This document shows positions 26,458 through 37,189 of a stretch of DNA of 64,000 bases, one piece after another. Positions within the stretch are counted from its first letter, which is position 1; every line of letters begins with the position of its first letter. This DNA comes from Candidatus Marinacidobacterales bacterium (GTDB lineage Bacteria; Acidobacteriota; Vicinamibacteria; Marinacidobacterales; DATDRI01): the NCBI GenBank assembly GCA_965226495.1, contig OZ245365.1, forward strand, positions 4,896,001 to 4,960,000, given 5' to 3'. The notes beneath the pieces are model-generated. The model saw only the letters and a program-made list of their open reading frames with translations. It did not search any database and was not told the DNA's origin. The position numbers and the translations under genes were made by a program.

Positions 26458-27402
26458 TTATAACACAAGGTTACGACCGGGGCCACGGAAGAAGGCCCAG
26501 GCATCTTCTTGATCCCGGGCAAGTTGCTGCTTAAGAGCCTCGGGCCCTTCGAAGGCGATCGTCTCCCGAAGTCGCTCGTGGAAAAAGAGCCGGATCGGCG
26601 CATCGTAGACTTCCTCCGAGAAGTCGAAGAGATGCGTCTCGACCGATCGCCTCTCGATACCGAACGTGGGTCGCCGGCCCACGTGAGACATGCCCTGGTG
26701 AACGCTTCCCCCGAGCCGCGCGCTGGTCGCGTACACGCCGTCCGCGACCAGCGGATCACCCGCGAGCGCCAGGTTCGCGGTGGGGAACCCAAGACCTTTG
26801 CCTCGTCCGTCCCCTTTCACCACGTTGCCATCCACGAAATAGGGTCGCCCCAGCATGGCGGCGGCGACGGTCACTGCCCCGCCCGCCAACGCGCGTCGGA
26901 TGCGCGAGCTGCTGATAATCTCGTCGTCGTCTAGCGCCGGCTCAACCCGCCGCACCTCGAAATCGAACCTGCTACCGAAGGAACGAAGAGTATCGAGATC
27001 GCCGGCTCGACTTCGGCCGAAACGGAAGTTCACCCCCAAAACCAGCTCGGAGGCGTGAAGCTTCTCATAGAGAACTTCTCTGACGAAGGCCTCTGGCTCC
27101 TGGTGCGAGAACTCTAGCGTGAACTCGATGATCAAGAGCAGATCGATGCCCGTCTCTCCCAGCAGCTCGCGTTTTTGTTCGGGGGTGAGAATATGCTTGG
27201 GCGCCATATCCGGTCGCAACACGTTGATCGGATGAGGTTCGAACGTTACCGCCACGGTTGGAGCCGACAGCTTCTCGCCTCGCTCGACGAGGAGTTTCAT
27301 GATGCGCTGATGTCCGAGGTGGACTCCATCGAAGTTACCCAGCGTGACCGCGGGTCGCTGATTGGAGGCGAGGTCCACCTCTGGATAGAAGCTGACGTTC
27401 AT
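26458..27402 (-). CDS. ribF: Bifunctional riboflavin kinase/FAD synthetase
   Basis: GNFDGVHLGH, ISSSRIR, LGFPTAN. Confidence 0.96.
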   Translation of the reverse strand: MNVSFYPEVDLASNQRPAVTLGNFDGVHLGHQRIMKLLVERGEKLSAPTVAVTFEPHPINVLRPDMAPKHILTPEQKRELLGETGIDLLLIIEFTLEFSHQEPEAFVREVLYEKLHASELVLGVNFRFGRSRAGDLDTLRSFGSRFDFEVRRVEPALDDDEIISSSRIRRALAGGAVTVAAAMLGRPYFVDGNVVKGDGRGKGLGFPTANLALAGDPLVADGVYATSARLGGSVHQGMSHVGRRPTFGIERRSVETHLFDFSEEVYDAPIRLFFHERLRETIAFEGPEALKQQLARDQEDAWAFFRGPGRNLVL

Positions 27403-27421
27403 TGAGTCGCCGAAAGACTCA

Positions 27422-28696
27422 CTAGGGGAGGGGATCGACGCTAAGAGGTTGGAGCTCTTGGATGTACGTCAGGTAGGGGTCGCCAGTTTCACTAACCGCA
27501 AAGAGTGTCACGCTGTCCGCCCGTCGGTCGTAAACGAACGGCACACCGTAGGCATCGCGCAAGTCTTCGGCCTCTACCAATCTCTCCCTGACGAGCACTC
27601 CGAGCGAATCCGGGCGCGCTGCGAAGGTGAGGAAAAACGCGCGCAGCGCGAAGTCCAACTTCTGCAGACGGGCGAGGCTGACTCCCCGTTCCAACTCCTG
27701 CCCGCCCATACTGAAGACGGCCGCCCTACCCGGAACCCGAAAAGGGGCCAAACCTGACAGGATCAAACCGGCCAAAGTCATCAGCACGACCACAGCGAGA
27801 AGAAGCGTCCCTTTTCCGGCTGTAACGGGCGCTTCGGCCTCGATCGTCCCCTCTAGGGGAACCCCCCGTTCCATGGGAGCGCGCTGCTCCGCGGGAGCAA
27901 TGAGGTTTCGATCGAGGAAGTCGAACATGATCCGACACACGTCGAAATCACTCATCCCCGTCATGTCGACGATGGCGTCGATGGAGTTTTTCGGATCCAC
28001 GAGAAGGTAGATCTTGGCTTCGATCTCGTTGAGAATGAGATTATCCTTTTGGCTAGCCGGTCCGCCGGACGACGTGTCTCCCCCAAGCGCACCCAAAGTG
28101 GATTCCAGTCCCGGCCTGTCTTCGCCACCCCCTTGACGCACCTTAATCTTGTCCTTCGGTACCAACTGCCGAAACGACATCTCCAAAGATGGAATGCGTT
28201 TCTCGATGATCGGCCATTCGTCGACGCGACGAATACCTTCCATTAAGATGTGATCGGCGGTAACCGGGATCACGTTCTCCCGGTCATAGTCGACCTCCGC
28301 GGATGGATCGAAGTTGTAGGTCCCATCGCGCCAACGGAAAATGCGAAAGACTATCTGTTGCACCTGTTCGGAAAGGGCTTCCTTCAGGTCTTTCGACTCG
28401 ATGAACCCTTGATTGGTCAGGACATAGCCCAGTCGCTGCATGGACACTTTTTGCCTCGCGAGGGCCTGTTCCAGATCTTCTTTCCGGAGCTTGTTTTGGC
28501 GTACCAGGACAGTGCCCAGCAAATCGTCGAGCCTGCGAACGGTGGAGTCGGCGTGCACGACTCTGCCTTCTTCGAACACGACGATGACGGTCTCTCGCTC
28601 GCTCTCCAGCGTGAGCATGCCCGTCTTGCGCTGCATGCCGATGAGCTGGAAAATGTCCGGCAGCGCGAAATCCTTTAGCGTTCCCCTTAGAGCCAC
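27422..28696 (-). CDS. DUF4388 domain membrane protein
   Basis: ALRGTLKDFALPDIFQLI N-terminus, EGIRRVDEW, one TM helix. Confidence 0.85.
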   Translation of the reverse strand: MALRGTLKDFALPDIFQLIGMQRKTGMLTLESERETVIVVFEEGRVVHADSTVRRLDDLLGTVLVRQNKLRKEDLEQALARQKVSMQRLGYVLTNQGFIESKDLKEALSEQVQQIVFRIFRWRDGTYNFDPSAEVDYDRENVIPVTADHILMEGIRRVDEWPIIEKRIPSLEMSFRQLVPKDKIKVRQGGGEDRPGLESTLGALGGDTSSGGPASQKDNLILNEIEAKIYLLVDPKNSIDAIVDMTGMSDFDVCRIMFDFLDRNLIAPAEQRAPMERGVPLEGTIEAEAPVTAGKGTLLLAVVVLMTLAGLILSGLAPFRVPGRAAVFSMGGQELERGVSLARLQKLDFALRAFFLTFAARPDSLGVLVRERLVEAEDLRDAYGVPFVYDRRADSVTLFAVSETGDPYLTYIQELQPLSVDPLP

Positions 28697-28703
28697 TTGT
28701 CCC

Positions 28704-30698
28704 TCACGCTCCGATCCGGGGTTGAGCCACGGTGTTTGCCACAATGACCAATAGGAGCATCACCGTGCCCACCAAATAAGTAATAAGCGAGCTGCCCAGT
28801 CCTAGTGCCAGGTCCACGTTCGGGTAGAGACCGCCTCCTCGGAGCGGCAAGACCAGCAATGCCACCCCAAAGGTCCAGAACAAAAGAAGCGGAAAGCCGA
28901 GCAACGGCGTGTCTTCGGCGACGTGGCCGGCACCCGGCGCCACCACCGAAAGGATGCGGAAAACGAGTCGGCGGTTCTCGGCGTAACCATTCACTTGACC
29001 CAGCTTTCGGTTACGGGCATCGGTGGATACACCTTCTTTGACGATGAACAGGTGATAGCACTGTGTGCAGAGACCCTGGCGACCGGTGCCTATCTGACAG
29101 CGCGCACAAAAGGGTCCGCCACATTTTCCACACCGTTGCGTGTTCCGGCGATCGCTAAGTGTTAGCTCGAGAAAAAGGGTGAGCACCGCGAACAAAGCTA
29201 TTCCTACCGCGAAAGCGGTCACGCCGGCACTCGAGAGAACCGCACTCTGTACCGACCGCGGAGGACTAGGATGAACACCCTCTTCCAAACCGAAGAACTT
29301 GGCGAGAATATAGTCGGGTGCCAACCGAAAGTCGGCCACCGCCCGAAGTCCTCCCGTCCGTTGCTCAAAGGCGGCCATCGCCGGAGCATCAAGGTTCTCC
29401 GCTTGCGTACGGGCCGCCTCCCGCTCGCTGAACCGGAAGCTCTCGCCGTGAGCGAGGCTCTTGTTGTAGTAGGTTAGTGCAGAGTCGGGGTGGTCGGAGA
29501 GGGCATTGGTGTACTGAAATATCGCCCCCTCCCAATCGCGTTGCGCAAAATAGATATTGCCCAGATTGGTTTGTGCCGCGAGGTCGGTCACATCGTCATT
29601 CAACATTTCTCGATATAACGACGCGGAAAGCTCGTATTCTCCAAGGTCCTTGTACAGGATGGCCATGAGGAGCTTGAGGTCGCGGTCATCGGGAGAACGA
29701 TCGAGCGCAGACTGCAGTTCGAACACGTCGGTCGCCTCGAACGTGCCGGCCTCCGAGGACAAGGCGGCCCGAAACGCCGGGTTGATGAGGGTCCGAGACC
29801 ACTGGCTGTGAAACTCGATCAGCGGGCCCAACAAAAGGAAACAAAGCAGGGATGCCACGCTCAGTGCCTTCTCTCGCCGCGTCTGATGGATGAAGGTCAG
29901 TGCCAACCAGTAGAGAATGAGCCACACGAAACCAAACGTGAAGATGAGCGGCAGAACCAAGACCAGAAGTGTCAAGGCCCGCACCCCGCGCCGTCCCAGT
30001 TTCTTCGTGAATCGCTCCGCGAAGTCATGATCGAGCAAGGCCGCGTAACGGTAGAGCATCATTGACGCGAACAAAAATAGACCCAACAACACCGACACCG
30101 TCGAGACGATCAGAAGATCGGCGCGCGCATAGTAACCGCTCCACAAGGAGCGAAACGAAGCCAGATAACCATTCACCACGTACCCAATGTAGGTCGGGGG
30201 CCAAAAGCCTCCGGACTGTCGTGCAACTTGTGCGAGTCCAAACAGGGGCGTGGACAAGGAGGGGTCTAGATCGTTGGCGGTGTCGAAGTTCGCCTTGGCT
30301 GTGGCGAGATTTCCTTGCTCCAAATAAGTAGCGCCTTGGAGCGCGAGGGCCATGGCGATGTCGTGCAGATGAAAAGCGTTTCGCTCTACGCGGAGGCGTC
30401 GGATTTCCGCCAAGATCCTGAGCCGCAGCTCGTTTTGTCCTGTCTCTTCGGCTTCCTGATACCGCCTCCAAAGTTGATCGAAGCTGCCGCTAAGATCGCC
30501 AAAAAACACTCCTTCATCGGTAACTGCCTCACCGTCCTGAGGGGTTGCGGCGTAGAGCGACGCCGCCGACCCGCCGAGAGTCACCGCTAGCAGCAGGATG
30601 ACAGCGGACACAAGAAGGTGGGTCGACGCGCCTGACAATCTAGCCAACCTGCCCAACCTTGACCTTGACACTTTAATGGGTTTTCGAGAGGGGGGCAC
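28704..30698 (-). CDS. Membrane protein with TPR repeats and Cys cluster
   Basis: TM helices, NLGNIYF TPR, CGKCG..CARC..CTQC. Confidence 0.8.
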   Translation of the reverse strand: MPPSRKPIKVSRSRLGRLARLSGASTHLLVSAVILLLAVTLGGSAASLYAATPQDGEAVTDEGVFFGDLSGSFDQLWRRYQEAEETGQNELRLRILAEIRRLRVERNAFHLHDIAMALALQGATYLEQGNLATAKANFDTANDLDPSLSTPLFGLAQVARQSGGFWPPTYIGYVVNGYLASFRSLWSGYYARADLLIVSTVSVLLGLFLFASMMLYRYAALLDHDFAERFTKKLGRRGVRALTLLVLVLPLIFTFGFVWLILYWLALTFIHQTRREKALSVASLLCFLLLGPLIEFHSQWSRTLINPAFRAALSSEAGTFEATDVFELQSALDRSPDDRDLKLLMAILYKDLGEYELSASLYREMLNDDVTDLAAQTNLGNIYFAQRDWEGAIFQYTNALSDHPDSALTYYNKSLAHGESFRFSEREAARTQAENLDAPAMAAFEQRTGGLRAVADFRLAPDYILAKFFGLEEGVHPSPPRSVQSAVLSSAGVTAFAVGIALFAVLTLFLELTLSDRRNTQRCGKCGGPFCARCQIGTGRQGLCTQCYHLFIVKEGVSTDARNRKLGQVNGYAENRRLVFRILSVVAPGAGHVAEDTPLLGFPLLLFWTFGVALLVLPLRGGGLYPNVDLALGLGSSLITYLVGTVMLLLVIVANTVAQPRIGA

Positions 30699-30711
30699 GG
30701 GGCCTAGTGCC

Positions 30712-31278
30712 CTAGACCTTCAGGATATTGGCCTTCGCCATAAATCGCATCCGCAGATCGTACACAATCTGTTCGAGCGCTTCCTCCTCGTTCTCGTCGA
30801 GATTACCTTGTGTCTTTTTCTCCAACATCTCGAGGAAAGAGATCATGTCCTGAGCTGCGCGCAAGTTCTCAATTTTTTCTCCCGAACCGGGATCCGGCAC
30901 TTCACCGAGTTGCACCAAAGCATTCGTGGCCAGCATGCTGACGAGATCCAAGAAACTGAGCTCAGAAGGAACTTCTGCCGTCGCGGTCTGGGCATCTCGG
31001 GCGGGTGGCGCCGGCTGTGCTTCTTGATTAGCTTGAACTAGCGGAGAGGGGGGAGCGGCCGGAGCCTCTTCAAGGGTGGCGCGAGGTGATACCGCCTCGG
31101 GTGTCTGTTGGATTCGAGGACTTTCTTGAGTGGCTTGAGTGGCTTGAGTGGCTTCAGTGGCTTCAGTGGCTTCAGTGGCCTTAGCGGCTTCCTCTTCGTT
31201 CCGCAGCTCGCCCTCGGAGGTAAACTTCCTGCGGTCGGTTACCTTGAAGCCTTTAGTCTCGTCTTCTGATTGACTCAT
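30712..31278 (-). CDS. DUF1844 domain protein
   Basis: GFKVTDRRKF N-terminus, LEKKTQGNL C-terminus. Confidence 0.85.
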   Translation of the reverse strand: MSQSEDETKGFKVTDRRKFTSEGELRNEEEAAKATEATEATEATQATQATQESPRIQQTPEAVSPRATLEEAPAAPPSPLVQANQEAQPAPPARDAQTATAEVPSELSFLDLVSMLATNALVQLGEVPDPGSGEKIENLRAAQDMISFLEMLEKKTQGNLDENEEEALEQIVYDLRMRFMAKANILKV

Positions 31279-31513
31279 GATGCGGTCCCGTTTCGTCCGA
31301 CCGCTTGGTTCGCTAGGGCTGCAGATTCAGCGGAGGCCCTGGGCTGGTACTTCGGCGGAGTCAGACACCCCGGTTGAGAGCGGTCAAGTAGCGGCCATGC
31401 TAACACAAAGAAACACCGGGATCAACCAAGCTATGCCTGTATCTTGCGGCGAGATAATGCTTTATAATTGCGCCGCCATAACGGGCGCCAAGGACCGAAT
31501 ATGAGGAGGACTG

Positions 31514-32317
31514 ATGGAGCCTGGTGAACGCTGGGAAAGAATGGTTGCATTGATGGCTCGTTTGCGCGGTCCGCAAGGATGCCCTTGGGACCGGAAGCAA
31601 ACGCTCCATTCGCTCCGTCCGTTCATCCTGGAAGAAGCCTACGAGCTCGTCGATGCCATCGAGCAGGACGAGGGCGCCGAGTCGATTCGGGAAGAGGCGG
31701 GGGACCTGCTCCTCGAGGTTCTTTTCGTATCGCAAATTTGCGCCGAGAAAGACCTCTTCACTTCGAATGACGTGCTCGAGGGGCTGGAAGCCAAGATGGT
31801 GCGCCGACATCCGCACGTATTCGGCGACCAGACCGCCGGGAGCGCGGCCGAGGCGCTCGCAATGTGGGAGGAGACCAAGGACGCCGAGAAGGAGTCGGAT
31901 GCTGCTGGCCCGGGCTCTTTGTTAGGGAAAGTCCCTCGGGCGCTTCCCGCGCTGGTACGGGCAGCGAAGCTCTCGGCCCAAGCCGCTCGCGTCGGCTTCG
32001 ATTGGACCTCGGTGGACCAGATCTTGGCGAAGCTGGACGAAGAGCTCCATGAGCTCGACGCGGCTCGACAATCGGGAAGCACCGAGGCGGTGGCCGAAGA
32101 GCTCGGTGATCTTCTCTTCGTTATTGCCAACATCTCCCGCCATCTCGGGGTCGATCCAGAGCTCGCCTTGAGGGCGGGAAACCAAAAATTCGAGGACCGC
32201 TTTAGGCACATCGAAGAAAGACTCGGAGCGGACGGCAGATCGCCTTCGGACTCGAGCTTGGATGAGATGGAAGCTCTCTGGCAAGAAGCGAAAAACAAAC
32301 GCGAGATGACGTCTTGA
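31514..32317 (+). CDS. mazG: Nucleoside triphosphate pyrophosphohydrolase
   Basis: GCPWDRKQT, EEAYE, RRHPHVF, EELGDLLF. Confidence 0.95.
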   Translation: MEPGERWERMVALMARLRGPQGCPWDRKQTLHSLRPFILEEAYELVDAIEQDEGAESIREEAGDLLLEVLFVSQICAEKDLFTSNDVLEGLEAKMVRRHPHVFGDQTAGSAAEALAMWEETKDAEKESDAAGPGSLLGKVPRALPALVRAAKLSAQAARVGFDWTSVDQILAKLDEELHELDAARQSGSTEAVAEELGDLLFVIANISRHLGVDPELALRAGNQKFEDRFRHIEERLGADGRSPSDSSLDEMEALWQEAKNKREMTS

Positions 32318-32318
32318 C

Positions 32319-34724
32319 CTAAGGGCGGCTCTCGAAGGTCGCTAACTCCAAACCACCCCGTGGATCCAGTCCAACACTCACCGCGCCATCCATGTCCGTC
32401 CTCACGTAGGTGATACCCCGCGCGCGGAGACGATGTAACACGCGGGCCGAGGGATGGTGCAGACTCCCCGCAGAAATGACGGCGAGTCGCGGCCTGACCG
32501 CTTCGAGAAAGGCCGCGCTCGTAGAGCTCCGGCTGCCATGATGCGCCACCTTGAGGACATCGGCCCGAAGAGTCTTGCCCGAACGGATGAGCTCATGCTC
32601 CAGCCACCGTTCGGCATCGCCGGTCAACAGGAGGCTAGAGCGGCCGTAGCGGACTCGAAGCACCAGTGAGTCGTTGTTCCGCCCATGGCTCTGCGAGCCA
32701 CCCGCAGCGAGCACTTCGAACCCGACGTCGCCGAGATGGAACTTCTCCCCGCCCCGAAACCGCCGGACATGTACCCCGTGGATACTCGCTCCTTGTCGAA
32801 GCCCTCGGTAGGCAGGAAGCTCCCAGGTGGGGGGGCCTTGCCAAAGCTCTCTCACTTTGAGATTTCGAATCACCGCCGGCAATCCTCCCAGGTGGTCGAA
32901 GTCCGAATGCGTGAGAAGCACGGCGTGCAAACTTCGTACCCCGCGGCGAAGCAATGCGGGAACGATGACCCTCTCTCCCACGTCGAAAGAGGGGTCGAAC
33001 GATCCCCCACCGTCGACGAGGAGCCGTTTGCCATCAGGAAGCTCCAGGAGAAGTGCATCCCCGTGGCCCACGTCGAAGGCCGTTAATCGAAGCATTGACG
33101 ATGGGGAACCCGGTCGTCCGACCATCAAGGTCAGAGTCATAACGCATAAGAACGCCCCGAATAGCCGCCGTAGCCAACCATGAGTCACGAAAAGCGCGCC
33201 GAAGATGGCGAGGTAGCCCGATAACCACAACCAGCCCGGCGGGGGTACGCGCATCGAGCCCCCGGGAAGAGCGACCGCGACTTGTCCGCACAGCTCGAGT
33301 CCCTTGACCTGCAACCAAACCAGCCACGCGAAGGCATCTCCAACCCAAGCCACCGGTGCGACGATCAAGAGTAAGGCGGCAGTCACTAACGAACCCGCCG
33401 CCAGAGGCATGGCAACGATGCTCGCCAAGACGGCGACCGGCGTCAACCGTTGAAAATGCCAGGCCAGGATCGGAATGACGGCTGCCTGTGCGGCGATAGA
33501 TATCGCGAGTGCGCGCGCCAGTCTGCCGAGTCCCCGACCCAAGAAACGACCAAAGAAACGCGACATTGATGCCCCTAGGGGTACTCCTAGACCGAAGATC
33601 GATAAGGTGGCGGCGAAAGAGAGTTGGAATCCGGGGTCGTAGATGTCCAACGGACGAAACGCGAGAAGCAAGAGTGCGGAAGCCGCCAGCGCATTAAGGG
33701 CGGGCACTTCGAGACTCAGAAGCCTGGCACCCACGATCGTACAACCCATGGTCACCGCGCGTACAACCGAAGGGCGGCCACCACATAGCGCTGCGTAAAG
33801 AGGGAGCGCAATCAGAAGCGCAAAGAGAGCAGGGGTCTGATCGATTCCTGTCCATCGCAGGACCCGATAGAGGACCCACGCAAGCAGAGCGACGTGAGCT
33901 CCGCTGATGACGATCACGTGGAACGTCCCAGATTCCTGATAGAGCCTTTCCGCCCATTGAGGTATGAGGGATCGATCGCCGATCAACAAGGCGATGGCGA
34001 TGCCCGGAACTTCGTCTCCGACGCCGATGCGATGGAAGGCTGCGCGTATTCGACGGCGAACAAACCCGCGAGCTCGCGAAACGAGCTTTCTGGGCGACCC
34101 GCCGAAGGCGGGCGTTCCCCGTTCCACCAAGAGCGCGCTCTTCACGGAACCTGACATCGAGATTCCGCGGCGAGCCAGGTAAGCCTCCAGGTCGAAGCCT
34201 CCGGGATTCTGAAATCCCTTGGGACGGCGTAGCTTCGCCCAGAGTGAGACGCGGTCACCCGCGGCGAGACTCGAAAGGGACCGTCGAAGCGCCGGTTCGC
34301 CCCGAACATTTAGACTCACGCTTCCGGCGTCGAGCCTGACGAACCCTGTCGCGCCGCCCACCTTCACCCGTGCCACGTCCACTAGGAGCTTGGTCGCTTG
34401 CCGCCGGACCTCCGGCTCAGCCCTCAGTGTGCCCTCGAGATGGCAAGGGTTTTCAAACCCTACTTCGCCGAGCGCATCGTATAGCCGAAGGAGTGGCTGA
34501 CGCTCTAGGATTTGCTCGGCCAGCAGGCGCGAGGACGTACCTAAGAAGAAGTAGCTTGCGAGCAGGAGAACGGTTGCGGCGAACCTTCTTCCAGCGCGGG
34601 AGGTCGAGAAAGCGCCGGCAAGAAACGAAACTGACATCGCAACCGTGCTCTCGAGTGGAGGCGCGATCCCCGAGACCATCCCGACGACGAAGGCCCCAGC
34701 AAGCGCAACGGCCGGAGCCCTCAT
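32319..34724 (-). CDS. comEC: DNA uptake competence protein ComEC/Rec2
   Basis: ISGAHV, GFQLSF, DVGHGD, THSDFDH, HHGS. Confidence 0.93.
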   Translation of the reverse strand: MRAPAVALAGAFVVGMVSGIAPPLESTVAMSVSFLAGAFSTSRAGRRFAATVLLLASYFFLGTSSRLLAEQILERQPLLRLYDALGEVGFENPCHLEGTLRAEPEVRRQATKLLVDVARVKVGGATGFVRLDAGSVSLNVRGEPALRRSLSSLAAGDRVSLWAKLRRPKGFQNPGGFDLEAYLARRGISMSGSVKSALLVERGTPAFGGSPRKLVSRARGFVRRRIRAAFHRIGVGDEVPGIAIALLIGDRSLIPQWAERLYQESGTFHVIVISGAHVALLAWVLYRVLRWTGIDQTPALFALLIALPLYAALCGGRPSVVRAVTMGCTIVGARLLSLEVPALNALAASALLLLAFRPLDIYDPGFQLSFAATLSIFGLGVPLGASMSRFFGRFLGRGLGRLARALAISIAAQAAVIPILAWHFQRLTPVAVLASIVAMPLAAGSLVTAALLLIVAPVAWVGDAFAWLVWLQVKGLELCGQVAVALPGGSMRVPPPGWLWLSGYLAIFGALFVTHGWLRRLFGAFLCVMTLTLMVGRPGSPSSMLRLTAFDVGHGDALLLELPDGKRLLVDGGGSFDPSFDVGERVIVPALLRRGVRSLHAVLLTHSDFDHLGGLPAVIRNLKVRELWQGPPTWELPAYRGLRQGASIHGVHVRRFRGGEKFHLGDVGFEVLAAGGSQSHGRNNDSLVLRVRYGRSSLLLTGDAERWLEHELIRSGKTLRADVLKVAHHGSRSSTSAAFLEAVRPRLAVISAGSLHHPSARVLHRLRARGITYVRTDMDGAVSVGLDPRGGLELATFESRP

Positions 34725-34731
34725 TAATCTC

Positions 34732-34798
34732 GTCCGCCTTCGCGCCGTGCGAACCGCGAGCGCTTCGGCGAGATAAACCCGCCGAGGTTAGGGCGGAC
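34732..34798. repeat. Intergenic palindromic repeat
   Basis: GTCCGCC...GGCGGAC termini; GCCTTCGC...GCTTCGGC core like the insert at 760-805. Confidence 0.6.
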
Positions 34799-35697
34799 TA
34801 GTTCTTGGGTTTGCCCTTGGGGGTAAGCTCGCCGCGGGCCTTCTTGATGACGAGCCCGCGGGCCAGCGCATCGAAGTCGTCTTGATTCTCGGCCAGCCTC
34901 GACTCGGGGCAAGCCAAGCTCAGGAGGTAGGCTAGGTCTTTCGAATAGTAAGCGATGATGCGATTGTAGACGGGCAATTCGGCGACTTGCTTGATGAAGC
35001 TTAGTTCGTAGGCGGTATAGGGTCCGAGGTCCAACGGTCCCGAACCTAGAAATCGAAACCCGGGAGCGGCGGCAACCGAGCTCTCGACCTCTCCGATCAC
35101 TTTGTGGAAGTCCTTGTAACTGCGCATCGTTCTCCGAATCAGCGCCAATGTCGCGCGGGCATCGCCCGCCCTTTTTTCCAACTGAACCGCAACGTCGAAC
35201 GAGGCGACCATGTCTTGAACCTGCCAATCCGTCGACGGAACGACGAGGCTCACGCCCAGTTCGTCGTTCGTCCAAACCGGAGGTGGAATGTCGCTCGCCG
35301 AAATTTTCGGAATGGTCCGTCCGGGTGCCGAAGGCGAGTTTGGACCCGGCTCTGGACGCACGGGCTCGACAGGCGTTTGCGTGTCCGGGGGAGTGGGCGG
35401 CCGAGTTGGTTGCGGCGGAGTCTGCTGCGCCTGCTCCGCCTGCTCCGCCTGCTCCGCCTGCTGAGATTGTCGCGGTGGATTCAACCGCTGGGTGGCGTCG
35501 AGATTGATGTAGTTGCTCGGTATCGATCGGAGCTTGCCGTCCATCGTGGTGATGACAACCACTTTTTTCTCGATCTCGTACTTCTGGACCTGCATCCGCG
35601 TCCCGTCCGTGAAAATCACGACGGCGGCGGCCGCAGTCGCCCCGAGCAGAAACAAGACGACAGCTAGGGCAGACAGGGCAGACACAAAGCGCTGCAT
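34798..35697 (-). CDS. Hypothetical exported protein
   Basis: Signal peptide, Pro/Gln linker, globular C-terminal domain. Confidence 0.7.
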   Translation of the reverse strand: MQRFVSALSALAVVLFLLGATAAAAVVIFTDGTRMQVQKYEIEKKVVVITTMDGKLRSIPSNYINLDATQRLNPPRQSQQAEQAEQAEQAQQTPPQPTRPPTPPDTQTPVEPVRPEPGPNSPSAPGRTIPKISASDIPPPVWTNDELGVSLVVPSTDWQVQDMVASFDVAVQLEKRAGDARATLALIRRTMRSYKDFHKVIGEVESSVAAAPGFRFLGSGPLDLGPYTAYELSFIKQVAELPVYNRIIAYYSKDLAYLLSLACPESRLAENQDDFDALARGLVIKKARGELTPKGKPKN

Positions 35698-35797
35698 TCT
35701 TTCCTCTCTCAAGTGGCTCCGGCATCATACTAGCGATTCCGAGCCTGCCAGGTCAAAACAGAACCCGGGAGGTCCAGCTTGAGGGAATTTGCTATCT

Positions 35798-37177
35798 TTA
35801 CTTTCGGGGGCGGAAGGTCGCGACGGATTCGATGTGATGGGTATTCGGAAAGAAGTCGAGCAGGACCAGACGAGCCAGTTCGAGACCTCCTCGTCGCAAA
35901 CGGCCGGCATCGCGACCCAACGATGCTGGGTCACAGGAGACGTAGCGAAGCTCCTTGGGAGGCTGACGGCAAAGGGTTTCCACCACCGTGCGCTCCAAAC
36001 CACCTCTTGGCGGGTCGGCGACCACGAAATCCACACCTTGGAAGCCTTCGCGGGCAGCAAAATCGGCAGAGCTCTCTTCTCGGAACGCGATGTTGGCGAT
36101 CCCGGCCCTGCTCGCGTTGGCCCGAGCGTCGGCAATCGCCGTCGGGGAGATTTCGACGCCCACGACCGCGTCGGCCAAGCCGGCCAACGGCAAGCAAAAG
36201 AGCCCGCCACCACAGTACAAGTCGACGACACGACCGAGCCCCTGCCCAGCTTGCCCAGCAGGCCCAACAGGTCCGGCGGAGGGCACCACCTCCGCAACGA
36301 GCGCGTCCAGAAGGAAACGATTTGCCTGGAAGAAAGCATGAACACTCGCGTCCAATTCGAAGCCCGCGACCCGGTGTCTCGTTTGGGTCTCCCCCAGCCG
36401 GCGTGACACACGCGGTACGGTCGTGAGTCCACTCTCGGTAACGACCAACCCTGCCAGGCCAACCTTTTGTACGAGCTCTTCGAGATCCCGACGACCCGGC
36501 GCCCTACCTGTTTTGACGAGGAAATGAACGAGCAACCTCCCCCCAGGTATGCCGGTTTCGGTCGAATCGTTTCCCCGTGGTCCCACTGGCCCCACCGACT
36601 CTATGAGCTCTAACGATTCGATGCCGGACGCGCGTTGCCGATTGGCGGCCACCCAACTACGGAGCTCGCCCAGCACTCGATTTGTCGCATCCGATATCTG
36701 AAGGCAGCGATCGATATCCACCACACGGTGGGTGCCTTCCGCATGGAACCCGACCACGGGGCCACGCCGGGTCTGTTTGACGTGGAAACGCGCCTTGGCG
36801 CGATACCCGGACTCCGGTCCCATCCGGACGGGCACTTCGTCTTTGAAGTCGAAACCTCCTCCCCGCCTTAGGCTTTCCAGGAGTATCCGAAGCTTGGCCT
36901 CTTGCTGAGCCGGCGGCCGAAGGTGCATCATCGAGCACCCCCCACAACTCGCGAAGTACGGGCAAGGAGGTTGACGCCGATCGGGTGAAGCTTCGACCAC
37001 CTCGACAACGGCGGCACGCAAGAAATCTCGTTTGCGCTCGAAGGGCTCGACCAGTAGCCGATCGCCCGGAGCCGATTGGGGAACGAAGACGACTTGGCCT
37101 TCGTGTCGTCCGAGGCCGAAACCCCCGGCAACGATTTTTTCGATCTGAAGAGGAAACCTGCGCGTCGTGTCTTTCAT
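35798..37177 (-). CDS. TRAM-domain RNA m5U methyltransferase (RlmD/TrmA family)
   Basis: CPYFASCGGC, FFQAN, DLYCGGG, DPPRGG, YVSCDP. Confidence 0.93.
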   Translation of the reverse strand: MKDTTRRFPLQIEKIVAGGFGLGRHEGQVVFVPQSAPGDRLLVEPFERKRDFLRAAVVEVVEASPDRRQPPCPYFASCGGCSMMHLRPPAQQEAKLRILLESLRRGGGFDFKDEVPVRMGPESGYRAKARFHVKQTRRGPVVGFHAEGTHRVVDIDRCLQISDATNRVLGELRSWVAANRQRASGIESLELIESVGPVGPRGNDSTETGIPGGRLLVHFLVKTGRAPGRRDLEELVQKVGLAGLVVTESGLTTVPRVSRRLGETQTRHRVAGFELDASVHAFFQANRFLLDALVAEVVPSAGPVGPAGQAGQGLGRVVDLYCGGGLFCLPLAGLADAVVGVEISPTAIADARANASRAGIANIAFREESSADFAAREGFQGVDFVVADPPRGGLERTVVETLCRQPPKELRYVSCDPASLGRDAGRLRRGGLELARLVLLDFFPNTHHIESVATFRPRK

Positions 37178-37189
37178 GGCGGCTAGTGC